DNA of 64,000 bases, taken from assembly GCA_951406725.2 (NCBI GenBank), contig OX597840.1, forward strand, positions 16,554,001 through 16,618,000, given 5' to 3'. How positions within the stretch are numbered: position 1 is the stretch's first letter; every line of letters begins with the position of its first letter. The stretch comes from Octopus vulgaris. Its lineage: Eukaryota. The notes beneath the pieces were generated by a model. The model ran no database searches. It was not told the DNA's origin and saw only the letters and a list, made by a program, of their open reading frames with translations. Position numbers and translations under genes: made by a program. Shown here piece by piece: positions 1 to 12,704 of this stretch.

Positions 1-238
1 AAAGAAGCCTGTTGTATATATGTATATATATATGTGTGTGTTTGTCCCCCCAACATCGCTTGGCAACCGATGCTGGTGTGTTTATGTCCCCGTAATTTAG
101 TGGTTCGGCAAAAGAGACCGATAGAATAAGTACTAGGCTTACAAAAAATAAGTCCTGGGGTCGATTTTCTTGACTAAAGGCGGTGCTCCAGCATGGCCAC
201 AGTCAAATGACTGAAACAAGTAAAAGAGTAAAAGAGTA
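1..238 (+). mobile_element. 3' half of tRNA-derived SINE family A
   Basis: Same sequence as the full copies at 25572-26009 and 32811-33230, ending gactgaaacaag(taaaagag)n. Confidence 0.85.
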
Positions 239-548
239 ATTACAAATAATGGACTGCACATGAATTTTAACAGCAAAACCTTATATGGACCCACAAGGGA
301 AATACGGACTCTCAAGTGCAATATGAACCCTGGTTGAGAATCACTGGTGTACACAAACTTGTTAAATATAAATATACACAGCTTAATTTTAATTATCACC
401 AACCTGCTTGGCAACCATGTAGTTTTGAGTTCAGTTCTACTGCACAGCACCTTAGGCAAGTTGTCTCCAACTAATACCCGCAGGGCAACCAAGTGAATTT
501 GGTAGATGGCAACTGTGTGTATACATACACACACAAATAATATATATA

Positions 549-1491
549 CATCCTAGATGTGAATGGATTTATAATAGAAGAGTAAAGCTACTTAGTGGCT
601 CCATCATTGATTTACATAAACAGCAGTTAAATACTGGAGTTGATTCAATCTCTTAACTAGAAAATTAAATTTCATGGTTATTCCATTTATGATATTAAAT
701 ACCTAGCAAAGAATAATTTTTTTTTCTGCAAGACACTTTGCCTCAATAAACTCCACATAGCTTGACAAAGTATAGTTCCATTAATCCTTTCGTTACTGTA
801 TTTATTTTGAGATGCTCTGTGTTTCTTTCAGTTACTTTAAATATAACAAAGAATTTAGTAAAATAACTGAGTTCTCATTCAGTTAGTGTTAGGAGCATAA
901 ATTGTGACTAAAGTTTGGTGGAAGATTTTAATTCAAATCTTATGAAAACAAGACATTTGTACTCAGAGCCAGAGCCAGTTTCAGCCGGGTTGGTAATGAA
1001 AGGGTCAAATAGTTCCAAAAATGACATTACCCAACAAAAGATAGACTGATCTTTAAAACTACTTTCTACAGTTAAAGGTAATACAATTTTGAGTTGATAT
1101 ATCTGATTTCAGCAGTAAAAGGTTAATATTTCTGTAGAATATCCTAGATGTAAATGGATTTATAAAAGATTATGACTACCTAGTGGTTCCCCTTTTCAGG
1201 TTTTGTTTTCTTTATTAGCAGTATTTAAATACTGGAGTTGATTTAACTCTTTAACTGCAAAAATAAATTTTAAGGTCATTCAAGTAATGATGTTAAATAT
1301 TTACCAAAATTAGAATTGGTATTTTCTGCAAGTTACATTGCCTCACTAAACTTGACATATATCAACAAAAAATAATTCCAAACATGACATTTCTTCAACA
1401 AAAGATAGACTGGTATGCAGAACATCTTTCTGCAGTTAAGGGCAATGAAATTTTGAGTGGCTGTATCTGATTTCTAGTGCAAAAGGGTTAA
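549..1491 (+). repeat. Diverged tandem duplication of a ~350-bp unit (549-1126 interrupted by a MITE; 1140-1491)
   Basis: Both copies start atcctagatgt(g/a)aatggatttata, share ttaaatactggagttgatt and caacaaaagatagactg, and end aaa(g)ggttaa. Confidence 0.75.
781..1008. mobile_element. piggyBac-like MITE
   Basis: Ends TTAA-tcctttcgttac ... gtaatgaaaggg-TCAA, i.e. TTAA-type termini with a CCCTTTCGTTAC-like TIR. Absent from the second copy of the duplicated unit. Confidence 0.6.
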
Positions 1492-1600
1492 GTTAACGAT
1501 TCTCAAGACTGGTATAATGTTAATTAATCAAAGCTCCTCATCATTGTTGTAGTGACAGAAAGCTTGCTAATGGTCTGCTTTGATTGTGTTGTTGCAACAG

Positions 1601-1745
1601 GTCACTCACCATAACCATGGTCCTGCAACTATACTCCATGCCAGACAAGCCCTACTCCATGCCAGGACATTACGACTCCAGTCCTACAACAATTACCTCA
1701 GGCATTTCAAGTTGAAAACTCCAAAGACGTTTATTGAGCTGACAG
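1601..1745 (+). CDS. PTGS: Penultimate coding exon of a cyclooxygenase (prostaglandin G/H synthase)-like heme peroxidase
   Basis: Acceptor ttgcaacAG at 1599-1600 and donor GTaagc at 1746. Encodes VTHHNHGPATILHARQALLHARTLRLQSYNNYLRHFKLKTPKTFIELT(G), which matches the COX segment ...[29 protein letters not shown]. The phase 0 start and phase 1 end match the last PTGS introns as I recall them. Confidence 0.88.
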
Positions 1746-1758
1746 GTAAGCTGGTACC

Positions 1759-2137
1759 TCTCCTATTCCCTCTTCTCTCTCTCTCTCTCTTTCCATCTCT
1801 CCCATTTCCCTCTTCTCTCTTTCCATCTCTCCTATTCCCTTCTCTCTCTCTCTCTCTTTCCATCTCTCCCACTCCCCTCTTCTCTCTCTCTCTCTCTTTC
1901 CATCTCTCCCATTCCCCTCTTCTCTCTCTCTCTCTCTTTCCATCTCTCCTATTCCCTTCTCTCTCTCTCTTTCCATCTCTCCCATTCCCCTCTTCTCTCT
2001 CTCTCTTTCCATCTCTCCCATTCCCCTCTTCTCTCTCTCTCTCTTTCCATCTCTCCTATTCCCTTCTCTCTCTCTCTTTCCATCTCTCCCACTCCCCTCT
2101 TCTCTCTCTCTCTCTTTCCATCTCTCCTATTCCCTTC

Positions 2138-2175
<38 letters not shown>

Positions 2176-2340
2176 ATCTCTCCCATTTCCCTCTTCTCTC
2201 TTTCTCTCTTTCCATCTCTCCCATTCCCCTCTTCTCTCTCTCTCTCTCTTTCCATCTCTCCTATTCCCTTCTCTCTCTCTCTTTCCATCTCTCCCATTCC
2301 CCTCTTCTCTCTCTCTCTTTCCATCTCTCCTATTTCTCTC
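1759..2340. repeat. Polypyrimidine minisatellite (ttccatctctcc(c/t)att(t/c)ccctct(ct)n) in the COX intron
   Basis: About 16 copies of a 30-45 bp CT-rich unit directly after the splice donor. Confidence 0.9.
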
Positions 2341-2565
2341 AATTTGTAAATTTCCTCCTATCCACCCACCCATCCATCTCTAACAAATCAAGCAATCGCA
2401 TGCCGGTCCCTTCATTGGCTGTTCTTCAAGTAGCGGTTGTCTAAAGTACACTGGATGAGATCTCAGGTAAAGCAAAACAGATGGAAAAATATCAACTCAA
2501 CCTCGCCCAACCGATCCAAATTGTTTTAATCCTGCAATTTTTTTCTATCATTTCTTTCATATATC

Positions 2566-2727
2566 AGGTGTGGATGTGTGGTAGGAAGCTGACTTCCCAA
2601 CCACATGGTTCCAGTTTCAGTCCCACCGTGTGACACCTTCAGCAAGTGTCTTCTACTATAACTTCGGTCTAACTGAACGAAGCCTTTTGAGTGGATTTGG
2701 CAGACAGAAATTAAGAGAAGGTCTTAA

Positions 2728-2771
<44 letters not shown>

Positions 2772-2998
2772 ATAATTGTGCATGTGTCTTTGTACCCTTA
2801 TCACTGCTTGACAACTAGTGTTGGTATGTTTAAGTCCCCGTTACTTAGTGGTTCAGCAAGAGAGACTGATAGAAAAAGTACTAGGCTTAAAAAAAAAATA
2901 GAATTCTGGAGTTGATTTGTTCAACTAAAACTCCACTCCACAAGGCAGTGGTCCAGCATGGCTGCAGTCAAATGACTGAAACAAAGAAAAGAATAAAA

Positions 2999-3000
<2 letters not shown>
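2566..3000 (+). mobile_element. SINE family A (tRNA-like head, ggcaagtgtcttct core, internal microsatellite)
   Basis: Head ...gtgtggtaggaagct...ggttccagtttcagtccca and tail gactgaaacaa. Confidence 0.85.
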
Positions 3001-3076
<76 letters not shown>

Positions 3077-3195
3077 GTATATATATATGTATATATATAT
3101 ATGTGTATATATATATGTATATATATATGTGTATATATATATGTATATATATATGTATATATATATGTGTATATATATGTATATATATATGTATA

Positions 3196-3910
3196 TTCGT
3201 GTCCGTTGCCAGCCTCGCCTGGCCCCCGTGCCGGTGACACATAAAAGCACCATCCGTTCGTGGCCGTTTGCCAGCTCTATCTGGCCCCGTGTCGGTGGCA
3301 CATAAAAGCACCATCCGTTCGTGTCCGTTGCCAGCCTCGCCTGGCCCCCGTGCTGGTGACACGTAAAAGCACCATCCGTTCGTGGCCGTTTGCCAGCTCT
3401 GTCTGGCCCCGTGTTGGTGGCACGCAAAAGCACCATCCGTTCGTGTCCGTTGCCAGCCTAGCCTGGCCCCCGTGCTGGTGACACGTAAAAGCACCATCCG
3501 TTCGTGGCCGTTTGCCAGCTCTGTCTGGCCCCCGTGTTGGTGACACGTAAAAGCACCATCCGTTCGTGACCGTTTGCCAGCTCTGTCTGGCCCCGTGTCG
3601 GTGGCACGCAAAAGCACCATCCGTTCGTGTCCGTTGCCAGCCTCGCCTGGCCCCCGTGCTGGTGACACGTAAAAGCACCATCCGTTCGTGGCCGTTTGCC
3701 AGCTCTGTCTGGCACCTGTGCAGGTGGCACGTAAAAAGCACCCACTACACTCACGGAGTGGTTGGCGTTAGGAAGGGCATCCAGCCGTAGAAACACTGCC
3801 AGATCTGACTGGACTTGACGAAGCCTTCCAGCTTCACAGACCCCAGTTGAACCGTCCAACCCATGCTAGCATGGAAAGCGGACGCTAAATGATGATGATG
3901 ATGATGATGA
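3196..3910 (+). mobile_element. SINE-like element with an internal ~61-bp tandem array and (GAT)n tail
   Basis: Nine units of aaaagcaccatccgttcgtg..., then gtggttggcgttaggaagggcatccag...ggacgctaaa(tga)n. Relatives at 9245-9400, 13100-13490, 17190-18022, 36200-36527 and 39980-40220. Confidence 0.85.
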
Positions 3911-3984
3911 TATGTATATGTATATATATATGTATATATATATATATATATGTATATGTATATATGTATATGTATATATATATG

Positions 3985-4015
<31 letters not shown>

Positions 4016-4077
4016 GTATGTATATATTGTTATATATACACACACAACATACACGCATTCTTCCTTGCTGCCAATAT

Positions 4078-4299
4078 ATGTCATCACCTGACATGTGGTA
4101 TGTCATGCACCTGTACAGGCAACGTCAATTTGATGGAGAGAGCGAGCTTATGACTACCCAAACATTTGATCACTATAAACAGATCATCTGAGTGGTTGTT
4201 CAGCAAGAAATTGCAGAACGCTCATAACGTCATCTAACAACAGGAGAATCCATGGAACACACACACACATACACACACTCTCTCTCTTCCTAGCTACCA

Positions 4300-4340
<41 letters not shown>

Positions 4341-4541
4341 TATATATGTGTGGGGGAGGTGTCATGGATTCTCCTGTTGTTAGAGGATATTGTGGCGGGT
4401 TTGACAATTTCTTGCTGAACAACCACACAGATGATTTGTTTATAGTGATCAAATGTTTGCAATGCACACAAGCTCATTCCCTCCATCAAATTGACATTAC
4501 CTGTACAGGTGCATGACATACCACATGTCAGGTGATGACAT
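4078..4541. repeat. ~180-bp inverted repeat around a (CA)/(TA) microsatellite spacer
   Basis: 4078-4254 (atgtcatcacctgacatgtgg...ggagaatccatg) is the reverse complement of 4363-4541. Confidence 0.85.
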
Positions 4542-4842
4542 GATTGCAGAGCAGTGTGAAATGTAGTGTTTTGCTCAGGGCCACAATGCAACATCCAATC
4601 CAGGAATCAAAACCACAATTGCGAGTGCAACACCCAAACCATTAAGCCATATACCTTCACAAGAAAAAGGGCAGAGTGCCAGATGACTTGACCAACCCAA
4701 ATAACACTTCTTTTCATCCATAAAAATCATGTCTGAAACAGCTGTAGTGAACTGCAATCCAACTGTTATTATATATATGCCTATATATGTGTATTTTCTT
4801 ATTTTCCATATATATTTTTTTTCTTATTTTTCATAAATCCAG

Positions 4843-5231
4843 GTGACTGGGCCACAGCAAAGGAACTAGAAGAATTGTATGGTGATGTGGAAGCAGTGGA
4901 GTTCATTATTGGTGTACTCTGTGCTCGCAGAGCTCCTCATGCCATGTTCAACCTGATGGTGCAAGAGGCTGGCGCACTGCTCTCCTTACAGAGCCTCCAG
5001 TCCAGTCTCTTGTACATGAAGGCCAGAGGACTGTTAGACAACTACGGCAGTATCGTTGTCAACAACATAGTAAGTACGGCCAGTTATGCAAACCTGATCT
5101 GCAGCAACATCAAACAGCCGTGTCCGCCGGTCACTCTCTTCGTCCCTTGGTGGGATCATTATTATGAAGAGTCTTTTAATTTGGCTGAATGGGATGCTGA
5201 AGAAAAAGGCTGCGAGTTGAGCGAATTCTGA
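4843..5231 (+). CDS. PTGS: Terminal coding exon of the cyclooxygenase-like gene
   Basis: Pyrimidine tract plus AG at 4841-4842. The phase 1 join gives LTG|DWATAKELEELYGDVEAVEF...EAGALLSL...STASYANLICSNIKQPCPPVTLFVP...ELSEF*, aligning to COX EKEMAAELEELYGDIDALEF...GAPFSL...LVCLNTKTCPYVSFRVP. Stop TGA at 5229-5231. Confidence 0.9.
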
Positions 5232-5306
5232 AATATCTTGTTCATCACTGTTTCATATACACATGTGTATGTATGTATACATGAGTTTGTGTGTGTATGT
5301 ATGTAC

Positions 5307-5354
<48 letters not shown>

Positions 5355-5391
5355 ATATATGTGTGTTTGTGTGTGTGTGTATGTATGTATG

Positions 5392-5440
<49 letters not shown>

Positions 5441-5567
5441 ATATAAGTACGTACGTATATAAGTACGTACATGTATATGTATATAAGTACGTACACATAT
5501 ATGTATGCATGCATATTTAGTAAAATAGGAACATAGAATTCTCCAGACACAATTGTTTTTTAATAGG

Positions 5568-5925
5568 CTCAGGTATAAATGAGTGGTAAGAAGCTTGCTT
5601 CCCAACCACATGGTTCTGGGTTCAATCCCACTGCATGGCACTGTAGCCTCAGGCTGACCAAAGCCTTGTGAGTGAATTTAGGAGATGAAATCTGAAAGAA
5701 GCCCATCGTATATATGTGTGTGTCTGTTTGTCCCTCCACCATCACTTGACAACCACCACTGGTGTGTTTATGTCCCTATAAGTTAGCTGTTCGGCAAAAA
5801 GAGAACCGATAGAACATGTAGCAGGCCTTCAAAGAATAGGTCCTCGGGTTGATTTATTTGACTAAAGGTGGTGCTCCAGCATGGCTGCAGTCAAATGACT
5901 GAAACAAGTAAAAGAATAAAAGAAT
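5568..5925 (+). mobile_element. SINE family A, downstream of the COX stop codon
   Basis: gtggtaagaagcttgcttcccaaccacatggttc...gactgaaacaagtaaaag. Confidence 0.85.
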
Positions 5926-6158
5926 ATATACAATTTTTAAAATAATAATCAACAGAACTTACAATGTTGACTGTTTTGTGCATTGGCACATCAATAAACG
6001 TATTACATGTATATATGTGGTGTGTTAGATGAATTTATGGAAAGGTATCCCATATATATATATATATATATATGTAGGTCCTGGGTTGAGTCGAGGTTAA
6101 CCACAGTAAATAAGGTACTCAATACATAGCAGAGTAAATTAATTTATTTTATAGAAGG

Positions 6159-6209
6159 AGCTTCTACAGGACTAGAACTGTTTCATTCAAATGAAATCAT
6201 CAGGAAGCT
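6159..6209 (-). ncRNA. Type I hammerhead ribozyme motif inside a 125-bp palindrome (6146-6270)
   Basis: Minus strand reads AGCUUC-CUGAUGA-U UUCA UU UGAA U-GAA-ACAG uucuaguc CUGU-A-GAAGCU. Stem I is 6 bp, stem III 4 bp, cleavage triplet GUA. The plus-strand arm copy has CUGU changed to CUCU. Confidence 0.7.
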
Positions 6210-6268
6210 TCCTGATGATTTCATTTGAATGAAACAGTTCTTAGTCCTCTAGAAGCTCCTTCTATAAA

Positions 6269-6305
<37 letters not shown>

Positions 6306-6793
6306 TACATATATATATATATATATGTATATATTTATATGTAATAAGGATAAAGTCATTATTTAATGAATTTATCAGTGGCCAGCATACTAAAATACCA
6401 TAAAGGTTAATTTCTATTAAAATTTCGATAAGGGCATTGAATAATTTCAACACCAGTCTGCTAGAAATAGACCCCAAATGCTCCATGATCCACTAAAAAT
6501 TTTTACTCCACAACAAGAAGTTTGTAAGTGAGGAAAATAGACAACATTTATAAAATAATTTGTATTCAATGCCCTTATTGAAATTCTAATGCATATATAT
6601 ATATATGTATATATATACACATATTATATAGTTATATAGATAATATGGTTATATTTGATACACATACTTGCATAATTAATATAGTGATATATATATGTAC
6701 ATATATGTGTGTATATATATATCATCACCATTTAATATCCATTTACTATGCTGGCATGGGTTATATATATGTGTGTGTGTTTGTGTATGTATG

Positions 6794-6879
<86 letters not shown>

Positions 6880-6889
6880 TGTTTTGTTT

Positions 6890-7535
<646 letters not shown>

Positions 7536-8049
7536 CTTATACACCCACACAAACATAGAGTAGTAATAGGGATTCAAAGAATCAGACAAATCTTACATTA
7601 AGCTCTCTTCAAAGTGCATGACTGTGGTTGAAATTAGGGTCAACTTTCATATTGTTCTGAAAACCCAGAAGACACAATGGTGGAGAGAATGTGTATAAAT
7701 AGAACAGATAAGAGAAGTGTGGTGAGAGAGTAGATGTTTATTCCATGTTTACAGCTGTTTCATAAGTTATAATAATTGATGTTACATCAACAGTTATGTA
7801 CATATTAAGTGAACATATAAATATATCTGTTATCTTTCATCTTGTTTCAGTCATTTGACTGTGGCCATGCTGGGGCACTGTCTTGAGGGGTTTTAGTTGA
7901 AAAAATCAACCCCAGGACTTCTTTCTTTTTTAAGTACTTATTCTATGTCTTATTTGCTGAACTATTAAGTTATGGACACAAACACACCAACACCAAATGT
8001 CAAATAGTAATGGGAGACAAACACAGATACAAAGAAACGCACACAAATG

Positions 8050-8088
<39 letters not shown>

Positions 8089-8449
8089 TGTTTGTGAGTC
8101 TTTATGAATTTTATATTTTGGATGTTGTTGTTGTTTGAAACTAGTCAACCCTGAACAACAATGGTACAGTTGTGACCACCATGTTATAATCGTTACCATG
8201 ACCACCATCATCATTATTATTAAGCATTATTATTATTATTATTCTTTGATGAAAACTCTCAACTTACTTTTCTGGATATTGTGGAAAGTGTTGGCTGTCC
8301 ATAGCCAACAGACTATGGTGACACTCAGTGGCCCAGCAACAAAATTTGCTAAGGGGGTGCAAACCCAGGTCCTAATTTTTTTATGAAAAATGTGCATTTT
8401 TCCAATGTTAACATTAAAACAAATGCGGTATAATAATAATTTTTATTAT

Positions 8450-8900
8450 TATGAGGGTCAGCTGAAATGTTCATAATCTGAGCAAGACACTCTCAATGGA
8501 ATGTGGTCAAAGGAAGTTCATATTCTAACATAGTTCCTCTTACTGTCCACACACTTCCATAAGTAGTTGCAGTGCTGGGATCGCACTGGTGAAGAAGCTT
8601 TTCTGTTGATCAAAATGGTATCAACAACAGATAAGATGTTCTCATCATAGTGATACTGGTGCTCAGCTGAGTGTTTTTCTATGTTGGGAAACAGATGATA
8701 ATTCAGAAGGAACCAAATCACTAACAAAGGGAGGATGATCAACCAGTTCAAAGCCAGTCATACACAGCAGCCATTGAAACCAAGGACTTGTGTGCTGAAG
8801 CATTGTCCTAATGAAACAAGACCCCATTCATCAGTTTTTCTGGGTGTTTGGTCTTGATAGCCTTTCATAACTACCTTAGGAAGTTGGCGTTGAAATTTTC
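8450..8900 (-). pseudogene. mariner transposase C-terminal remnant with TIR
   Basis: Minus strand encodes degenerate FELVDHPP..DL.PS.YHLFPNIEKH... TIR-like tatgagggtcagctgaaatgttcata at 8450. Confidence 0.7.
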
Positions 8901-9399
8901 CACTGATGATTTGATCATTTTGAAGATAGCCAATAAACACAATATCTTTTGCATTAATGCATAGTATATGTAATAATGTGAAGTATATTTTGCATATTAA
9001 AAGGTTTAATTTTGGAAATGTATCAAGCAGTAAAAATACAAATTGCAAGTATTTCAAAATGTGGGACACTACATGACAAAAACTAACAAAAAAAAAAGAA
9101 GAAAATAGTGGTGCTTGTGTTCCAAAGGTACATTGAGAAGGCTGAGGAGAAGGATAGAGAGATGGGGTAGAGGGAAGGAAAGAAAAGAATGAAAAGTGAA
9201 AAGATAAACTGAGGATCTGAAATGAGCACTAGGTAGGAGATTGGCCCCTGTGCCGGTGGCATGTAAAAAAAGCACCCACTACACTCAGAGTGGTTGGCGT
9301 TAGGAAGGGCATCCAGCTGTAGAAACACTGCCAGATCAGACTGGAGCCTGGTGCAGCCTCCTGGCTTCCCAGACCCCAGTCGAACCATTCAACCTATGC

Positions 9400-9918
9400 C
9401 ATCAAAGTGACACTGGGTACAAATATACGAAGCCTAGTATACCCATCATGACTACCCATCTGATAAGGGTACACCAGACACATGCATCACAACCATATGT
9501 GCACAACATGGTGATCTCATATGGAGATAAACAGTGCATGACCTTGCAGGTGGGGCGCAATTTGAATTTTCTTCAGGTTGAGTAGCCCATCCTACTCAAA
9601 AGGTCCCTGAATAAGGATTGTTTAAGGATGTTGAACGAAACACCCATGTTTTCAAAGGTGAATTATCCAAACCCCAAAGAGTTCCTCCCAACACATGGCT
9701 CTGATGCTCCCCAACTGCTTCTGCTAGTGATCAGAAATACACATATTGTCAATCACCAAGGAACATGCTCAACTGACAAGCAAATCTGTGATATTGAGTA
9801 GAATATTTGCTGTAGCCCGTCTTTTATGCCAAGACAAAACAATGTACATGATAACACTTCCAATCAGTTAAGATCAGAAGCCATGAGAGCCACTGCTTGG
9901 TACTGCATCAGGGAATTT
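9400..9918 (-). mobile_element. ~520-bp non-autonomous retroelement adjoining (AAT)n
   Basis: Reverse complement of 61295-61850. Confidence 0.75.
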
Positions 9919-9949
9919 ATAATTATTATTATTATTATTATTATTATTG

Positions 9950-11375
9950 TCTTTGCACAGCTTCTAACACTGGAGATGTACTACAGTGTTAGCTGGTCAC
10001 TACCAGTGAACTAAGGCAACACCTCTTATTTTTTGAGCACCTTCCAGAGTATTCAAGTGGTTCCAAGCAGTGCTGTTTTCTGATCCAGCATATTGCATAT
10101 TGCAGCCCCTATTTGTTCCACGTACTTCTCGAGATTTTTGCTCACTGTTCCCAGTGCTCTGACAATTATTGGTACTACTGCTACCTTTTTCATTGACCAC
10201 AACTGCTAACTTGTCATATCTCTTAACTTTTCTTTCTTCCTTATTGCATACCTTGTTGTCAGCTGGGCATGCTATATCTATGATCCAGCATAGTTTGTTT
10301 TCTCTCTCAATTAAGACTATGTATGGCTTCCTGTTCTATTATTATTATTATTATTCAAGAAAGCACTTTAACTTTCTATAATTGTTGTCTGCTGTGAGTG
10401 TGTGATGTTATCAATGTATGAGGTCATGTGTATATTTGATGAAAGTGTGGGAATGTTATGTGGGTAGTAGATTAACAAAAAAACAAAGAAGTAGTGGGCT
10501 CAAACCGGTTATTTGTGGTACACCTCAGAGATTACCGCTAACACAGGCTTGGCTACAATGAAAGGTATTTCCTGCATTTGGTTTTAGAGAAGGAAGAGCT
10601 GGATACATGCTCTGTCGAATTTGGGTTTTTCGCTACAAGTGTAGGCGCAGCAGTGGTCTTAAGAAGCTCACTTTGTAACCATATGGTTTTGGGTTTAGTC
10701 CCACTGCACAGCACCTAGTGTTGTTTATTCAGCACTTTGCATAGTAGTCCTTAATGCTTGTTATTGTGCTGCACGTATATGTGCTTCTGTCTCTGTCTTC
10801 AGGTCACTTTAATCCATATCCACTGGTCTTCTGTATCTGTTTTGGCATTCGTATCACTTGCAAACTAATCATACATTTTTTCTCCTTCCATGCTGTTTCT
10901 TTTTTTTGTGTTTTTTCCTCTTTAAGTTTTTCTTTCTTTACACAATTATCAATTTTGATGATGCCTGACTTCTTCACATATTTCAGCAATGGTTCCAGGG
11001 CAATTTTTGCATACCGTCCTAGCTGTTTTCCTTTGCTTCAACACACCCTTTCTTCTGGACAAATACAGCCTATTGGTATCGCTCTTAAGGTGGAAGGCTC
11101 CATGCACTATCAATCATTTTCTTGTCTTTGTAACCATGTTCATTAGTTCTTTCTTTTGCCAGTTCATGATTCCAGCTCTATACCAAAGTCATGCTATCAC
11201 CCATGTATTAACTGCTTGGATTTTATTTCATTCAGTCAAGTTTGAGTGCAACACTAATCTTAGTCTTCAGAAATATTCTTTCCTCTTCATTTCATTCTCC
11301 TTGATTTCGTTGAACTCTAGTGTGCCAAGGTATTTATAGCCTTCCTTTTCAGTTTGTTTCATAACTTTTAAGTCT
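9950..11375 (-). pseudogene. R4/Dong-type (restriction-like endonuclease) LINE remnants
   Basis: Minus strand encodes YKYLG...HGAFHLKSDTNRLYLSR (about 11030-11345), RKPYIVLIERENKLCWIIDIACPADNK (about 10250-10332) and QKTALLGTT.IL.KVL (about 10035-10085). Confidence 0.7.
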
Positions 11376-12254
11376 AATGACTGAAACATGTAAAAGATGA
11401 AAGATAATGGAGAGAGTTTAATTAATTAGTATTCAAACTGGCTGCAGCCTAAGTATTCTACCTGTTTTTTGGTCAAACTGACCAGATCAGGCCTCTCACA
11501 ACTACCCTGCAATGTCACTCTAAAAGTAAACAAATGCATCATCAAAATCTCGAAGCTCCAAGATAATTCAAAACAATGGGAAGCATCAGATTTAGCAGAA
11601 TAATCTGGATCCTGTAGGATTAAATTAAGTTAGTAAATTATTAAACTGGGTTGGAATAAATAAAAGTTTTATATATTGAAGTAATAAGTTTAGAAATATT
11701 TGTATTTGTTGTGGTACTGAGAAGGGGTAATGTAAATTTCTTTTTAGTAAAAGACAGGGGTCGAGAAAGAAGATATCCTCACACCAGAGGCATTCCCTGA
11801 AGGGACAGGTGTTGTTGGTGGTAGCAGCAGTGATGGTATTAAACTGAGTGATGGATCAAGTGTACCATTTATTTTGTGTTTAAGAGAATAACAAGGGAGG
11901 CTGTGGTGTGTTGGAGGTTGTTGGCATTGAAGTTGTTTTGGTCATCTAATGCCCAGGTATACTCTAATATAGCAACAGCTCTGGTCAATGGCACCTCACC
12001 TGTTACCACTTTGCTTTTTAAGGTTATCAGTCTCAAGAACCAAAGTTTTCAACCTGTCCTTCCTATATTTATATTGCTAATGTTTGATTTGAGAGGGGTT
12101 TGGTTATTATTTCTTGCAGGTTAAGTGACCATATTGAGGCTCCTCATTGGTCATCTTTGTTGTTGATAGGAAAACCAAAATATGATCAAAGACAATCTAG
12201 CCTTAACGATCCTGTCTTTTTAGAAGTGTCCTTTCTTTTAAATTGTGGTGATGT

Positions 12255-12600
12255 GTGAAGGCACATGGCTCACTGGTTAGAGCTTTGAGCTTACGATTGT
12301 GAGGTTGTGAGTTCAAATCTCAGACTGGGCTGTATGTTGTGTTCTTGAGCAAGACACTTTATTTCACGTTGCTCCAGTTCAATCAGCTGTAGAAATGAGT
12401 TGTGATGTCACAGGTCCAAAGCTGTATCAGCCGTTGCCTTTCCCTTAGATAACATCAGTGGTGTGGAGAAAGGAGGCTGGTATGCATGGGTAACTGCTGA
12501 ATTTCCATAAACAACCTTGCCCGGACTTGTGCCTGGGAGGCTAACTTTCTAGGTGCAGTCCGATAAATGTCAATCATGACCAAAGGGGGGTCTCAGCAGG
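12255..12600 (+). mobile_element. tRNA-derived SINE family C (CORE-like ttcttgagcaagacacttt)
   Basis: A-box tggctcactgg and B-box gagttcaaatc. Other copies at 14935-15270 (+) and about 48065-48286 (-). Confidence 0.8.
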
Positions 12601-12704
12601 TGTGATGTGCGAAACTCAGCTGCTATTTCCAGCAGGTCAAGCAACCACCTAGATTCTCCCCCATTGGCTTGTTGCTGTTTATTGTTATTATTGTTATTGT
12701 TATT

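Noticed and set aside
1580-2383. 267-aa ORF as a complete gene
   Set aside because: Only 1601-1745 is exonic; the rest is read-through into an intronic CT minisatellite.
3196-3740. CRISPR-like array
   Set aside because: Units are contiguous tandem repeats without unique spacers, there are no cas genes, and the context is eukaryotic SINE.
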